Positions 9,298 to 19,473 of a stretch of DNA of 64,000 nt are shown one piece after another (positions within the stretch are counted from its first letter, which is position 1; each line of letters begins with the position of its first letter). The notes beneath the pieces are model-generated. The model ran no database searches, was not told the DNA's origin, and worked only from the letters and a program-made list of their open reading frames with translations. Source of the DNA: an uncultured Nitrospinaceae bacterium. Lineage in GTDB: Bacteria > UBA8248. The position numbers were made by a program, and so were the translations under genes. The stretch lies in contig CAXFSR010000043.1 of the NCBI GenBank assembly GCA_964005815.1, positions 96,001-160,000 on the forward strand, in the 5' to 3' direction.

Positions 9298-10062
9298 ATG
9301 ACCGAAAAAAAATTAGAAAGTAAAAAAGCAATTGTAACTGGGTCATCTTCTGGTATGGGGGCAGAGATCGCTGCTCGATTTGCAGCCGAAGGTGCTGATG
9401 TTTGGGCAGTTGGAGGAGGAAATCAAGAAGCATTAAATGAAACAATAAATCGATGCACTGCATCAGGAGTTCGTTCAGACGGGAAAGGTTATGATTTCTC
9501 TAAGTCGGAACAGGGCGGTATTGCAGTCAAGGACGGTGTAAAATTTCTTGGAGGTTTGGACATTCTTGTTAATTGTGCAGGAACGAGAAATTTCAAGCCT
9601 ATTCTTGAAGTAACCGATGAAGAAATTCACACTATGTTTGAAGTGAACACAAAGTCTTTCTATTTTAGTTCAAGGGAAGCTGTAAAGACAATGTCACAAC
9701 AAAAGAGTGGAGATATTCTCATGATGGGTTCCATCTCTGGACATCGAGCAAGACCAGAAAGAACCTTATACTGTGGCACAAAAGCTGCTGTTGAACTTTT
9801 AACACAATCTTTAGCAATGGAATTAGGACCTCTAGGAATACGTGTGAATTGTTTAGCACCCGGACTTGTTTCAAGTGGTCGAGTAAAAACAAAGATTCAA
9901 GAAGAGAAAGATTATGCTGACAGAAGAATTAAAGGGATCCCTCTTGGACGATTCGGCGATCCTGTGAATATTGCAGCTACCGCTGTGTTTTTAGTTTCTC
10001 CAGAAAATGAATTCATGAGTGGATCAATCGTTTCAGTAGACGGCGCATCAATGACTGGATAA
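9298..10062 (+). CDS. SDR family oxidoreductase
   Basis: TGSSSGMG, NCAG, YCGTK. Confidence 0.93.
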   Translation: MTEKKLESKKAIVTGSSSGMGAEIAARFAAEGADVWAVGGGNQEALNETINRCTASGVRSDGKGYDFSKSEQGGIAVKDGVKFLGGLDILVNCAGTRNFKPILEVTDEEIHTMFEVNTKSFYFSSREAVKTMSQQKSGDILMMGSISGHRARPERTLYCGTKAAVELLTQSLAMELGPLGIRVNCLAPGLVSSGRVKTKIQEEKDYADRRIKGIPLGRFGDPVNIAATAVFLVSPENEFMSGSIVSVDGASMTG

Positions 10063-10098
10063 TTTAAAAAATATTTTTATTTCTTATGGGGCTAGATT

Positions 10099-11841
10099 AT
10101 GGAAAACTACAAAAGTGAGATTCAAGACGGAATGCAAATAGATTGGGATGTTCCAATCGAAATGGACGATGGAGTTGTCTTACGATGCGATGTATATCGT
10201 CCCGTTGGAGAAGGAAAATATCCTGTTGTAATGAGTTATGGCCCCTATGCTAAATGGCTTCACTTAAAAGATGGCTATCCAAATCAATGGAAAGTTTTAA
10301 CCGAAAAGTTCCCTGAATCTTTAGCTGGTTCTTCCTGCAAATATATGAATTGGGAACTAGTGGACCCAGAAAGATGGGTTCCCGATGGATACGCAATAGT
10401 TCGAGTTGATTCTAGAGGAGCTGGACGATCACCAGGCTATATGGAGGTTTGGTCACCAAGAGAAACTAAAGATTTTCATGATTGTATAGAGTGGGCAGGA
10501 ACGCAGGACTGGAGCAACGGAAAAGTTGGATTAAATGGAATAAGTTATTTTGGAATGAATCAATGGTTTGTGGCTTCTACACAACCATCACACCTAGCCG
10601 CTATATGCGTTTGGGAAGGTGCGGCGGATCTTTATCGTGATTTAAGTCACCACGGCGGCATACTCTGTCTCTTCGCAAATACTTGGTATACAGACACGGT
10701 TATGCTGAGACAGCATGGAAAAGGAAATCGAGACTGGAGAAGCAGGATTAACGGTGAATGGGTTTCTGGTCCTGATACTCTTCCAGAAGAGACATTAGCT
10801 GGTAATCGAACAAATTTTGGTCAAGATTTATTAGATCACCCTTTGATCGACGATTATTGGAAAGAACGTATGCCAGATTATTCTAAAATCAATGTTCCTC
10901 TTTTATCCGCAGGAAATTGGGGTGGAGTTGGACTCCATCCTAGAGGCAACTTTGAAGGATATCTTGAGTCTGCATCTGATCAAAAATGGCTTGAAGTTCA
11001 TGGGTTAGATCATTTCACTCACTTCTATACCGATTACGGAGTAAACTTACAGAAAAAATTCTTTGGACATTTCCTTAAAGAAGAAAAAACAGGATGGAAT
11101 GAGCAACCAAAGGTTTCTCTTCACATTAGACATCCTGGCGAAAAATTTATTATTAGATCAGAAAACGAATGGCCCTTAGAAAGAACAGAATGGACTAAAT
11201 ATTACTTAAAAAGTTCAAATACCACACTTTCAGTAGGACAAGCAGAAGAGGAATCTGAGCTAGAATATGAAGCTTTAGGAGATGGCCTGACGTTCATGAC
11301 AGATGTACTTCAAGAGGATACTGAAATTACAGGACCCGTAGCAAGCAAATTATTTATATCTTCAGAGACAGAGGATGCAGATCTTTTTCTTATCCTAAGA
11401 ATCTTTACAGCGGATATGAAAGAAATTACTTTTCAAGGTTCAAATGATCCTAACACTCCAGTTGGTATGGGTTGGTTAAGAGCATCTCACAGAAAATTAG
11501 ATACTGAGAAAAGCGAGATCTATCGTCCTTACCACACTCACGATGAAAAACAGTTACTCACTCCAGGAGACATCTACGAACTGGATATAGAAATATGGCC
11601 AACTTCTATTGTAGTTCCAAAAGGACACAGAGTAGGCTTAAGTGTAAGAGGAAGAGACTATGTACACCCTGGTTTTGAGCAACCAGAAATGCCTGTCTCT
11701 GGAAGAATTTACTCTGGAGTAGGACCATTCAAACATGACAATAAAGTGGATAGACCGGCCGAGATATTCGGGAAAAAAGTAAAGATTCATACTGGTCCGA
11801 ATCACCCTTCGTACATTTTACTACCGATCATTCCAAACTAA
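10099..11841 (+). CDS. CocE/NonD family (peptidase S15) serine hydrolase
   Basis: MDDGVVLRCDVYRP, DSRGAGRSPG, WSNGKVGLNGISYFG, PepX_C-like C-terminus. Confidence 0.93.
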   Translation: MENYKSEIQDGMQIDWDVPIEMDDGVVLRCDVYRPVGEGKYPVVMSYGPYAKWLHLKDGYPNQWKVLTEKFPESLAGSSCKYMNWELVDPERWVPDGYAIVRVDSRGAGRSPGYMEVWSPRETKDFHDCIEWAGTQDWSNGKVGLNGISYFGMNQWFVASTQPSHLAAICVWEGAADLYRDLSHHGGILCLFANTWYTDTVMLRQHGKGNRDWRSRINGEWVSGPDTLPEETLAGNRTNFGQDLLDHPLIDDYWKERMPDYSKINVPLLSAGNWGGVGLHPRGNFEGYLESASDQKWLEVHGLDHFTHFYTDYGVNLQKKFFGHFLKEEKTGWNEQPKVSLHIRHPGEKFIIRSENEWPLERTEWTKYYLKSSNTTLSVGQAEEESELEYEALGDGLTFMTDVLQEDTEITGPVASKLFISSETEDADLFLILRIFTADMKEITFQGSNDPNTPVGMGWLRASHRKLDTEKSEIYRPYHTHDEKQLLTPGDIYELDIEIWPTSIVVPKGHRVGLSVRGRDYVHPGFEQPEMPVSGRIYSGVGPFKHDNKVDRPAEIFGKKVKIHTGPNHPSYILLPIIPN

Positions 11842-11846
11842 AAAAA

Positions 11847-11882
11847 TCCGATGTCGAGATTCAACAAGATCTCGACATCGGA
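11847..11882. terminator. Hairpin terminator between convergent genes
   Basis: 14-bp inverted repeat TCCGATGTCGAGAT/ATCTCGACATCGGA with flanking A run. Confidence 0.8.
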
Positions 11883-11884
11883 AA

Positions 11885-13171
11885 CTACAACACAAAATCT
11901 TCTCTTTCCTTAGAACATACATTCAAAATAAGACTCACATATACTCGAGTACAATCATACAAATCTTGGATGCTCACGTGTTCTCCCGCATTAGGGTCCC
12001 ATCTACTATCAGAAGTTGTTCGAAGTCTCCCAGCAGGTCCATAGTTCACTGTAGGGACGCCAAAACGGTTTAAATATGTTGCATCTGAAATGTAAGCTTC
12101 AGATATTACTTCAGGCTTCTCTCCAAAAACATCCTCGTGAGACTTCATGACTACTTTGGAAACTGGAGATTCCACATCAATCTCTGTCCCAGGAACTGTC
12201 ATAATTGTTTCAAGATGAGGATTTATTCCATCAACATCTTTAGACACCTGCTCTAAAACTTCTGCTATCTCTGATTTCACTTCCATCATACTTACATTAG
12301 GTGGAACTCTAGTATCTATATATAAAGTACAAAAAACTGGGGTTCTGCTACACCTGTATGGCCAACCACCTTCTATAGCAGAAAGATTTAAATTTGCTGG
12401 ATACCCTTTATATTTTCTACGTTCACGATAATCCTTACCCCAACTTTCAAGTGCCGTAATAATTTTTGTCATTTGAGAAATCGTATTCGGATAATCATGA
12501 CTATAACTTGTGTGAGAAGGAGGTCCAGTCAAAGTGATTTTTGACCACATATACCCTAAATGTCCGGGTAAGAGGGATAATCCCGTAGGTTCTCCAATTA
12601 CAGCAACATCTGCAATACCACCATGAGTAACATAATAACTTGTCCCAAAACCACCACCGCGAAAAGAAGATCCTTGATATTTATCAACTGGTCCTCTCTC
12701 AATTTCACCAACAACTGCTGCAAACTTCACATCTCCCCGTAGTTCAACTTCAGATTTTTTTACTGCTTCCATAGCAGCGATATAACATGCCAAGGCTCCC
12801 TTCATATTATAAATTCCTAGACCATAAATCCAGCCATCTTCTTCATAGGCTTTTGGCTGAAATGCCTTTACTTTAGGCAAAAATTGTTCTTTCCCAGAAT
12901 AAGAAGTATCCATATGACCATTAAATAATAATGAAGCACCCTTACCCTTTCCTCTTAGTGTAGCTATACAATTTGAACGTCTAGGTTCAACTTCTTGCAA
13001 AAAAGGATCAAATCCAATTTTGTCAAGATAATCATTTAAATAAAGAGAGCATTCCTCTTCTTCTCCTGTAGCACTTGGAATATTAACGAGATCCTTAGCT
13101 AGGGAAACCATTTTCTCTTTGTCAATAAAACTCCAAACTTTACTATGAGATTCTGAAGTTCCATAGTCCAT
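11885..13171 (-). CDS. M20 family metallo-hydrolase (ArgE/DapE-like)
   Basis: LFNGHMDT, IYGLGIYNMKG, VGEIE, GEPT, EH near C-terminus. Confidence 0.9.
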   Translation of the reverse strand: MDYGTSESHSKVWSFIDKEKMVSLAKDLVNIPSATGEEEECSLYLNDYLDKIGFDPFLQEVEPRRSNCIATLRGKGKGASLLFNGHMDTSYSGKEQFLPKVKAFQPKAYEEDGWIYGLGIYNMKGALACYIAAMEAVKKSEVELRGDVKFAAVVGEIERGPVDKYQGSSFRGGGFGTSYYVTHGGIADVAVIGEPTGLSLLPGHLGYMWSKITLTGPPSHTSYSHDYPNTISQMTKIITALESWGKDYRERRKYKGYPANLNLSAIEGGWPYRCSRTPVFCTLYIDTRVPPNVSMMEVKSEIAEVLEQVSKDVDGINPHLETIMTVPGTEIDVESPVSKVVMKSHEDVFGEKPEVISEAYISDATYLNRFGVPTVNYGPAGRLRTTSDSRWDPNAGEHVSIQDLYDCTRVYVSLILNVCSKEREDFVL

Positions 13172-13187
13172 TTATTTCCTCCCTTTT

Positions 13188-13949
13188 TTATGAAGAACTA
13201 GAAAAGAATTTTTCTCCCAAATACACTTTTTGAACAAGTTCATTTTCCTTTATCTCTGCAGGCAATCCATCAGCTATAACTCTACCTTCATGAAGCACAA
13301 TAACTCTATCCGCAATCGAAAATGTAAATTTCATATCATGTTCAATTAACAAAATTGTATCTTTTTGATTTTTCATCTCCAGAAGAAATTTTGCAAATCT
13401 ATTTCTGACTTTTGGATTTACACCTGCTACGGGTTCATCAAGAAGAACGAGACTATGCGGATTAAGAAAAGTTCTAGTGATTTCCACTAACCTTTGTTGA
13501 CCATAACTCAAATCAGACGCGAATTTCTCTTTTAAATCTTCTATTTTCAGTAATGTTAAAATTTTATCAATTTTTTCTTCCTCTTCAAGCAATATTTTGT
13601 TGGGCAAAAATAAATTCTTGAAGAATTGTGTATCTGTACTATGTAAAGAAATTAATAAATTATCTTCTACAGATAAATTTTCAAATAATCTTGATTTTTG
13701 AAATAATCTTGAAATACCTAGTTTGGAAATATCCTCAGGTTTTCTATTTGTAATATTATCAGAATTGAAAAATACTTTTCCAGAATCAAGATTAACTAAA
13801 CCTGATATAATATTGAATATGCTTGTTTTACCAGATCCATTTGGTCCAAGAAGTGCAGTGATTTGACCCTCTTCAATATCGAATGAACAATTATTTACTG
13901 CATTAACTCCACCAAATTTTTTCATTAAACCTTTTATTTCTAAAATCAT
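13188..13949 (-). CDS. livG: Branched-chain amino acid ABC ATPase, LivG type
   Basis: GPNGSGKT, LSYGQQRLVEI, LLDEPVAGVNP, IEHDM. Confidence 0.85.
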   Translation of the reverse strand: MILEIKGLMKKFGGVNAVNNCSFDIEEGQITALLGPNGSGKTSIFNIISGLVNLDSGKVFFNSDNITNRKPEDISKLGISRLFQKSRLFENLSVEDNLLISLHSTDTQFFKNLFLPNKILLEEEEKIDKILTLLKIEDLKEKFASDLSYGQQRLVEITRTFLNPHSLVLLDEPVAGVNPKVRNRFAKFLLEMKNQKDTILLIEHDMKFTFSIADRVIVLHEGRVIADGLPAEIKENELVQKVYLGEKFFSSSS

Positions 13950-14815
13950 TTCAGACCAAACCTTCCATAGAAACCTTTAGGACGATAAATCAAAATAAGT
14001 ATTAGAAGAACTGCATAAAGTATCTGTCTTGCAGGACCTATAACATCAGACGAAAAACCGATAAATCTGAGTGGCTCCGGAAGCAACACTAAAATAACGG
14101 TTGAAATTAGAGTTCCTTTTAATGAACCAAGACCACCAATGATCACTATACAAAGGACAGGAATCAATTCCATTACAGTAAAAGAATCAGGGTCTATGTA
14201 ATTAATATAATGGGAGTAAAGACCACCTGCAAGACCTGCAAAAAAAGCAGAAACACTCAAAACAATCCTTTTTACCTTGTTGGTGTTTTTCCCCAAAACT
14301 TTTGCAGCTAGTTCATCATCTCTAACAGATTGCACAACCCTTCCAAAAGAAGAACGAACAATCAAAGAGAGAGACATATAACAGAAAATTAAGAAAATTA
14401 TACTGAGAAACAGAAAATGGACATTTTGATTAAAAACAAATCCCAAAATAACCGGCCTCGGGATTCCGGTTAGCCCCATTGGACCCTTTGTTAAAGATAT
14501 CCAATTTAAAGAAATTTCATAAACAACGAACGAAAAACCCATTGTAGCAACAGCAAAATAATCGCCTTTGAGTTTACTAGTCGGGAAAGAAAGACAACAA
14601 GCAAAAAATGAAGACACAAAACCTGCGACTAAAATAGAACTCAGAAAATCGATTCCTTGCAACGACAACAAAGATGATGAATATCCACCTATGGCATAGA
14701 ATGCAATGTGCCCTAAATTTAGCAAACCAGCAAAACCTATCGACAATTGAAGAGACAAGGTTAATATAGAATAGATTGCGATTAAAACAGCAAAATGAAT
14801 AAGATATCCTTCCAT
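13946..14815 (-). CDS. livM: Branched-chain amino acid ABC permease, LivM type
   Basis: GLLNLGHIAFYAIGGY, LKGDYFAVAT, RDDELAA. Confidence 0.87.
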   Translation of the reverse strand: MEGYLIHFAVLIAIYSILTLSLQLSIGFAGLLNLGHIAFYAIGGYSSSLLSLQGIDFLSSILVAGFVSSFFACCLSFPTSKLKGDYFAVATMGFSFVVYEISLNWISLTKGPMGLTGIPRPVILGFVFNQNVHFLFLSIIFLIFCYMSLSLIVRSSFGRVVQSVRDDELAAKVLGKNTNKVKRIVLSVSAFFAGLAGGLYSHYINYIDPDSFTVMELIPVLCIVIIGGLGSLKGTLISTVILVLLPEPLRFIGFSSDVIGPARQILYAVLLILILIYRPKGFYGRFGLK

Positions 14816-15691
14816 TTACTCGTCTAATCCTTTCTTGAGACCAAGAATTCCTCGTGGCCTAAAAATAAGAAAAACAAGCAAAATGCCAAAACCTATCGCG
14901 TCCTTATAACCTGAATCAATGAACCAGATTCCATAATTCTCAGAAAAACCTAACACCAATGAGCCCAGTATTGCACCTGGAACGGAACCTATTCCTCCAA
15001 TAATTGCAGCAGCAAAACTTTTCACCATAATTTCTGCTCCAATCATTGGCCTTAAGTTTTGCTCTAGAGATATAAATACAGCCGCAAAACCAGCGATTAA
15101 CGAACCTACAACAAAACTCCATAAATAAATTTTTTCTGGTGAAATACCTACAATTTGCGCAACTTCTGGGTTATCGGAAACTGCCCTCATTGCTTTCCCT
15201 AATTTTGTTTTTTTCATAAAAATAAAGAACAAAAAAAACAGAACTATTGATGACAACACAATAAATATTTGCAAGGGAGTGATAACAGCGCCTAAGAACT
15301 GAAATCCTTTTTCAATTTTCAAAAACTCTATAACTTTAACGTCTGCTCCAAACAGAATTAAAATAACTGATTCAAACATTATAAGAAGAGCAAAACTAGC
15401 AATTAACAATATGACATTATTGGCACCTCGAATTCGAAGTTGTTTATATATTAAATTGTTCATGGATATGCCAACAAATACAGAAAACACTAACGTAAAA
15501 AACGAGGAAATCCAAAAAGATAGCCCAACCACTTCAAACAAGAAAAAAAGAAAATACATCGACAAGAGCAAAGTAGAACCATGCGCGAAATGAACAAATC
15601 GAGAAGTTGAGTATATAAGGGAAAATCCTGACGCAACCAAGGCGTATATTGAACCTGCGATAAGTGCGTTTACAAATAGTTGAGAAGCCGT
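14816..15691 (-). CDS. livH: Branched-chain amino acid ABC permease, LivH type (start extended to an ACG codon)
   Basis: Typical N-terminus QLFVNALIAGSIYALVASGFSLIY lies upstream of the track start; TKLGKAMRAVSDN. Confidence 0.85.
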   Translation of the reverse strand, partial: TASQLFVNALIAGSIYALVASGFSLIYSTSRFVHFAHGSTLLLSMYFLFFLFEVVGLSFWISSFFTLVFSVFVGISMNNLIYKQLRIRGANNVILLIASFALLIMFESVILILFGADVKVIEFLKIEKGFQFLGAVITPLQIFIVLSSIVLFFLFFIFMKKTKLGKAMRAVSDNPEVAQIVGISPEKIYLWSFVVGSLIAGFAAVFISLEQNLRPMIGAEIMVKSFAAAIIGGIGSVPGAILGSLVLGFSENYGIWFIDSGYKDAIGFGILLVFLIFRPRGILGLKKGLDE

Positions 15692-15780
15692 CTTATCAGA
15701 CCCTATATAAAATTAAAAAGCCGACAACGATGAAGCAGAAATTGCTTGTCCATATTTTTCAATCCGAACTTCAAGAGGAA

Positions 15781-16869
15781 CTAATTTGAAGGAAGAAAGA
15801 CACCGCCCTTCAAAACAAAAATATCGTAGTTTCCCGAAACATCACCATTAGAATCAAATTTAATTCTACCAGAAGCACCATCAAAAGAAATACCTGAAAG
15901 CTTAGCTTGTATTTCACTACCGCTACGGGCACCTTTACTAACTGCAATAGAAATAGCTTTCAATGCATCATATGCCTGTGCAGCAAATGGACCAGGAGAT
16001 TTCCCATAGGCTTTTTTATGCCTTTCAGCAAAAAGAGTTGTTCCAGAACTCACAGAAGTAACAACAAGTCCCTCACCTGAACCAGCTGAGCCCTTAGATA
16101 CTGCATCACTCTTAAGACCTTCAGAACCAAATAACGCAGATTTTATTCCAAGTTCTTTTATTTGTTTTAAAGCAGCAACAGCAGATGGAGGAGAATTACT
16201 GATAATATAAATCGAGTCTGGGCTGGAAGATTTGATTTTTGTTAATTGTGTCCTCAAATCTGTCGAGTCTCTTTTAAATTTCTCTTTTGCAACAATTTTA
16301 CCTCCAGCATTAGCAAAACTCTTTGTAAGAACCTTCGCAAATCCCATCCCATACTCTTCGTTACTAAATAAAATAGCTAGCTTTCTATGTCCTTTAGAAA
16401 AAACATATTTCGCACCAAAATCTCCCTGCAATGCATCACTTGGAACGGTTCGAAAAATATAAACACCTGCATTTGTAATCTTAGGACTTGTTGAAGACGA
16501 ACTGATCATTACAACTTTATTACGCTCGGCTATCGGAGCAGCTGCTAAAGTTGCACCAGAACAAACTTCACCAACAATTGCAGAGACTTTATCTATTGAA
16601 ACTAATTTATTAATAGCATTCACAGCATCCTTTCCACTACACTTAGAATCTTCATAGACTATCTGCAATTTTTTCCCAGTTTCTTTATTTGCTAAATCAA
16701 CTCCATTTTTTATACTCAATCCATAACTTGCAGCACCACCAGTCAGAGGAGCCATAAATCCTATTTTGACGACTTTTTCATAAGCGTTTAATTTGGAAAA
16801 CGAGAAAGTAAAAAAAACAAAACTAACAAAAACAAACAACACAGAAAGAAAAAATTGAGATCTCTTCAT
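15781..16869 (-). CDS. livK: LivK/LivJ-type periplasmic binding protein
   Basis: Signal peptide; KIGFMAPLTG, YEDSKC, YIFRTVPSD, FDGASGRIKFDSNGD. Confidence 0.85.
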   Translation of the reverse strand: MKRSQFFLSVLFVFVSFVFFTFSFSKLNAYEKVVKIGFMAPLTGGAASYGLSIKNGVDLANKETGKKLQIVYEDSKCSGKDAVNAINKLVSIDKVSAIVGEVCSGATLAAAPIAERNKVVMISSSSTSPKITNAGVYIFRTVPSDALQGDFGAKYVFSKGHRKLAILFSNEEYGMGFAKVLTKSFANAGGKIVAKEKFKRDSTDLRTQLTKIKSSSPDSIYIISNSPPSAVAALKQIKELGIKSALFGSEGLKSDAVSKGSAGSGEGLVVTSVSSGTTLFAERHKKAYGKSPGPFAAQAYDALKAISIAVSKGARSGSEIQAKLSGISFDGASGRIKFDSNGDVSGNYDIFVLKGGVFLPSN

Positions 16870-16961
16870 AACTATCTCCATATTTTGGCTTAAAATATAA
16901 TTTAAATACTATCTTACGAAAAAATTAAATTAAAAACAAAGAATAATGAAAAAACTACAAT

Positions 16962-17837
16962 TTATGTTTGAGAAAAACCAATTAAAATCATTCCAAAAAC
17001 AGTCACAAATACCCCAAAAACCATAGTGCCTCGAATACGTTCAGACCTTCTCAAAAAGATTGCTGTTAAAAGTAATGAAAATATAGGAGAGGAGGTGATT
17101 ATCGGAGTTACAACACTGACGTCTCCGTACATAACTGAATAATTCATGCAGAATTGTGAAATGCTATTTAAAATTGCAGCAATTAACACAAGAAAAATCA
17201 CTTTCGATCCTGCCCAACGATACAAGTCAGGATCAATAAATTTCTTCATTCCAAAAAGTGTTAATAAACCTATAAAATTTGACCAAGCAACAGTTAAAAA
17301 TGGATTCGGCATACTCTCCAATCCGATTTTTCTTATAAAAATACTCAAGCTAATTAGAAAAGCACTTAAAAATGCCCAGGCAATTCCTTTCTGAAAAAAA
17401 CTTTTATCTGTACGCTCATAACTTACTAAAACTACTCCAGATACTACAAGAACAGTTCCTACAACAAGAATATAGTTCGGATTTTCACCTAAAAATAAAA
17501 TCGCAAGAATAATTCCATAAAATGGGGCTGTACTAACTATCGTGGTCAACCTTGGGGGACCTAATTCCCATAAAGCTCTGTAAAAAACATATCTTCCAAA
17601 ACTATACGCCAAGACACCCAGCAAACCGAACCAGAATAAACCTCTGAACGAAATCTGTCCTGATTCATATGTTATTATCCCAAGAGTAAAGAGTATTACA
17701 AAATTCACTACATTAGTTAAAATTGTTGCTGCAAGGTGCCCTAAGACCTTTAAAGGTCTGGATAAAATAACTACTTGTATAGCTGCGAGTATCGAAGTTC
17801 CAAAAGCCCAAAAAATTCCAATAAAGTTATCCGACAT
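16962..17837 (-). CDS. EamA/DMT family transporter
   Basis: About 10 TM helices, FLGENP, GDVSVVTPI. Confidence 0.88.
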   Translation of the reverse strand: MSDNFIGIFWAFGTSILAAIQVVILSRPLKVLGHLAATILTNVVNFVILFTLGIITYESGQISFRGLFWFGLLGVLAYSFGRYVFYRALWELGPPRLTTIVSTAPFYGIILAILFLGENPNYILVVGTVLVVSGVVLVSYERTDKSFFQKGIAWAFLSAFLISLSIFIRKIGLESMPNPFLTVAWSNFIGLLTLFGMKKFIDPDLYRWAGSKVIFLVLIAAILNSISQFCMNYSVMYGDVSVVTPIITSSPIFSLLLTAIFLRRSERIRGTMVFGVFVTVFGMILIGFSQT

Positions 17838-18003
17838 AGGTTCCTTTGAAATGAAAAATCCATCGTAGAGTGGTTAATACAATATACATAACTTACAAAA
17901 TAAATGGAGCCACAGAACAGAAAAAATGAATAAAACTTTTTATAAATTGATCTTCTCTTTCAGTTGAGACTAATATACTTAATCTAAAAATTAAGGAGAA
18001 AAT

Positions 18004-18405
18004 ATGTTTAACAAAATACACCATCTCGGAATAGCTGTTAAAGATATGGATGCTGCCATAAAGTTATACGAATCTGCGGGCGCAAAATTACTTGGAAGGG
18101 AACCATCTAAAGATGGGAACACAGAACTAGCAATGCTCGATCTTGGAGGTGATTTAATTGAACCGATTTCACCTCTAAACGAAGATTCAGGGGTACACAA
18201 ATTCATAGAACAAAATGGCGAGGGCCTTCATCACGTCGCGTATGATGTAACAGGAATAGAAGATGTGATGGCTAAACTAAAAGAACAAAAAATTGAACTC
18301 ATAGATGAAGTTCCTAAACCTGGATTCATGGGACATACGATAGCTTTCATTAAACCGGAAAGCACAATGGGAACTCTATGGGAATTAGTAGAAGACACAC
18401 ACTAA
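18004..18405 (+). CDS. mce: Methylmalonyl-CoA epimerase / VOC family protein
   Basis: IHHLGIAVKD, GEGLHHVAY, AFIKPESTMGTLWELVE. Confidence 0.82.
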   Translation: MFNKIHHLGIAVKDMDAAIKLYESAGAKLLGREPSKDGNTELAMLDLGGDLIEPISPLNEDSGVHKFIEQNGEGLHHVAYDVTGIEDVMAKLKEQKIELIDEVPKPGFMGHTIAFIKPESTMGTLWELVEDTH

Positions 18406-18417
18406 AAGAAGAAAAAA

Positions 18418-19473
18418 ATGTCACAAAAACTAAAAAATAAAACCTTCTATTCCTTTATTGCTTGCGGGGATATAGCAATCAATAGAAAGTCTGGAGAAAA
18501 TACTTTTGGAAAGCTAACAAATATTTTTCAAAACTCCGACTTTACTTTTGGGAATCTTGAACTACCCTTAAGCAAGATCGGGAAAAAGCAACCAGAGAAA
18601 ATATGTCTTCGCGGAGATCCTGCGATGGCAAATATCTTAAAAAATGCTGGCTTTAATCTTATGGCTTTCGCTAATAACCACGCTCTCGATTATGGGGAGA
18701 AAGCATTTCTGGAAACTATAGATTTAATGCGTTCTAAACAAATACTAATCGCAGGCGCAGGGAAAAACCTAAAACAATCGAGAGAACCCGCTATTATTGA
18801 AAAAGAAGAATTAAAACTAGGCATGTTGTGTTTCAGTTCTATAATTCCAAATGGATTTGACGCACAATCTAACAGGCCTGGAATTAATCCCATTCGCATA
18901 AATACAAAATATATTTTCAAGGGAGGCAAACACGAATATCCTGGCACACTTCCTGAAGATAAAACCTACACTTTACAAAAAGATTTAGAAAGAATGAAAA
19001 AAGATATTCAAGCTTTAAAAAAGAAGGTTGACGTTGTTTTAGTTAATCATCACTGGGGAACATCTATGACTCACAAAGTAAAAGATTTCGAAAGAGAAAT
19101 TGCTTATGCCTCTATAGATTCTGGAGCTGACATCGTCTTAGGAGGTCATCCACATGTACTCCAAGGGATCGAATTCTACAAAAAGAGACCTATTGTATAC
19201 AGTATGGGAAATTTAATCTTCGACTTTGACATACCTTTCTTTACCGAAGCAACTAAACAAACTTTCATTTTCGGTTGCAAATTAAATAAAAACGGAGTCA
19301 AGGATCCCTACTTGATCCCATGCAAAAATAACGCATGGGAAAAACCGAAAATATTAAACCCAAGAAAAGGAAACGGCCGAACTATTTTACAATCTATCAA
19401 TGAACTCAATCTTCCATTTTCAACTAAAACAAAAATCAAAAATTCTATAATAAAACTTTACCCAGGAAATTAA
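18418..19473 (+). CDS. CapA/PGA_cap family metallophosphoesterase
   Basis: CGD, GNLE, ANNHALDYG, HWG, GGHPHVLQ, YSMGN. Confidence 0.9.
   Translation: MSQKLKNKTFYSFIACGDIAINRKSGENTFGKLTNIFQNSDFTFGNLELPLSKIGKKQPEKICLRGDPAMANILKNAGFNLMAFANNHALDYGEKAFLETIDLMRSKQILIAGAGKNLKQSREPAIIEKEELKLGMLCFSSIIPNGFDAQSNRPGINPIRINTKYIFKGGKHEYPGTLPEDKTYTLQKDLERMKKDIQALKKKVDVVLVNHHWGTSMTHKVKDFEREIAYASIDSGADIVLGGHPHVLQGIEFYKKRPIVYSMGNLIFDFDIPFFTEATKQTFIFGCKLNKNGVKDPYLIPCKNNAWEKPKILNPRKGNGRTILQSINELNLPFSTKTKIKNSIIKLYPGN

Noticed and set aside
15703..15753. 16-aa ORF MDKQFLLHRCRLFNFI between livK and livH
   Set aside because: No RBS, different frame from livH, and too short to support
18418..19473. Poly-gamma-glutamate capsule locus
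   Set aside because: Only a CapA-like domain; no capB/capC and no export signal
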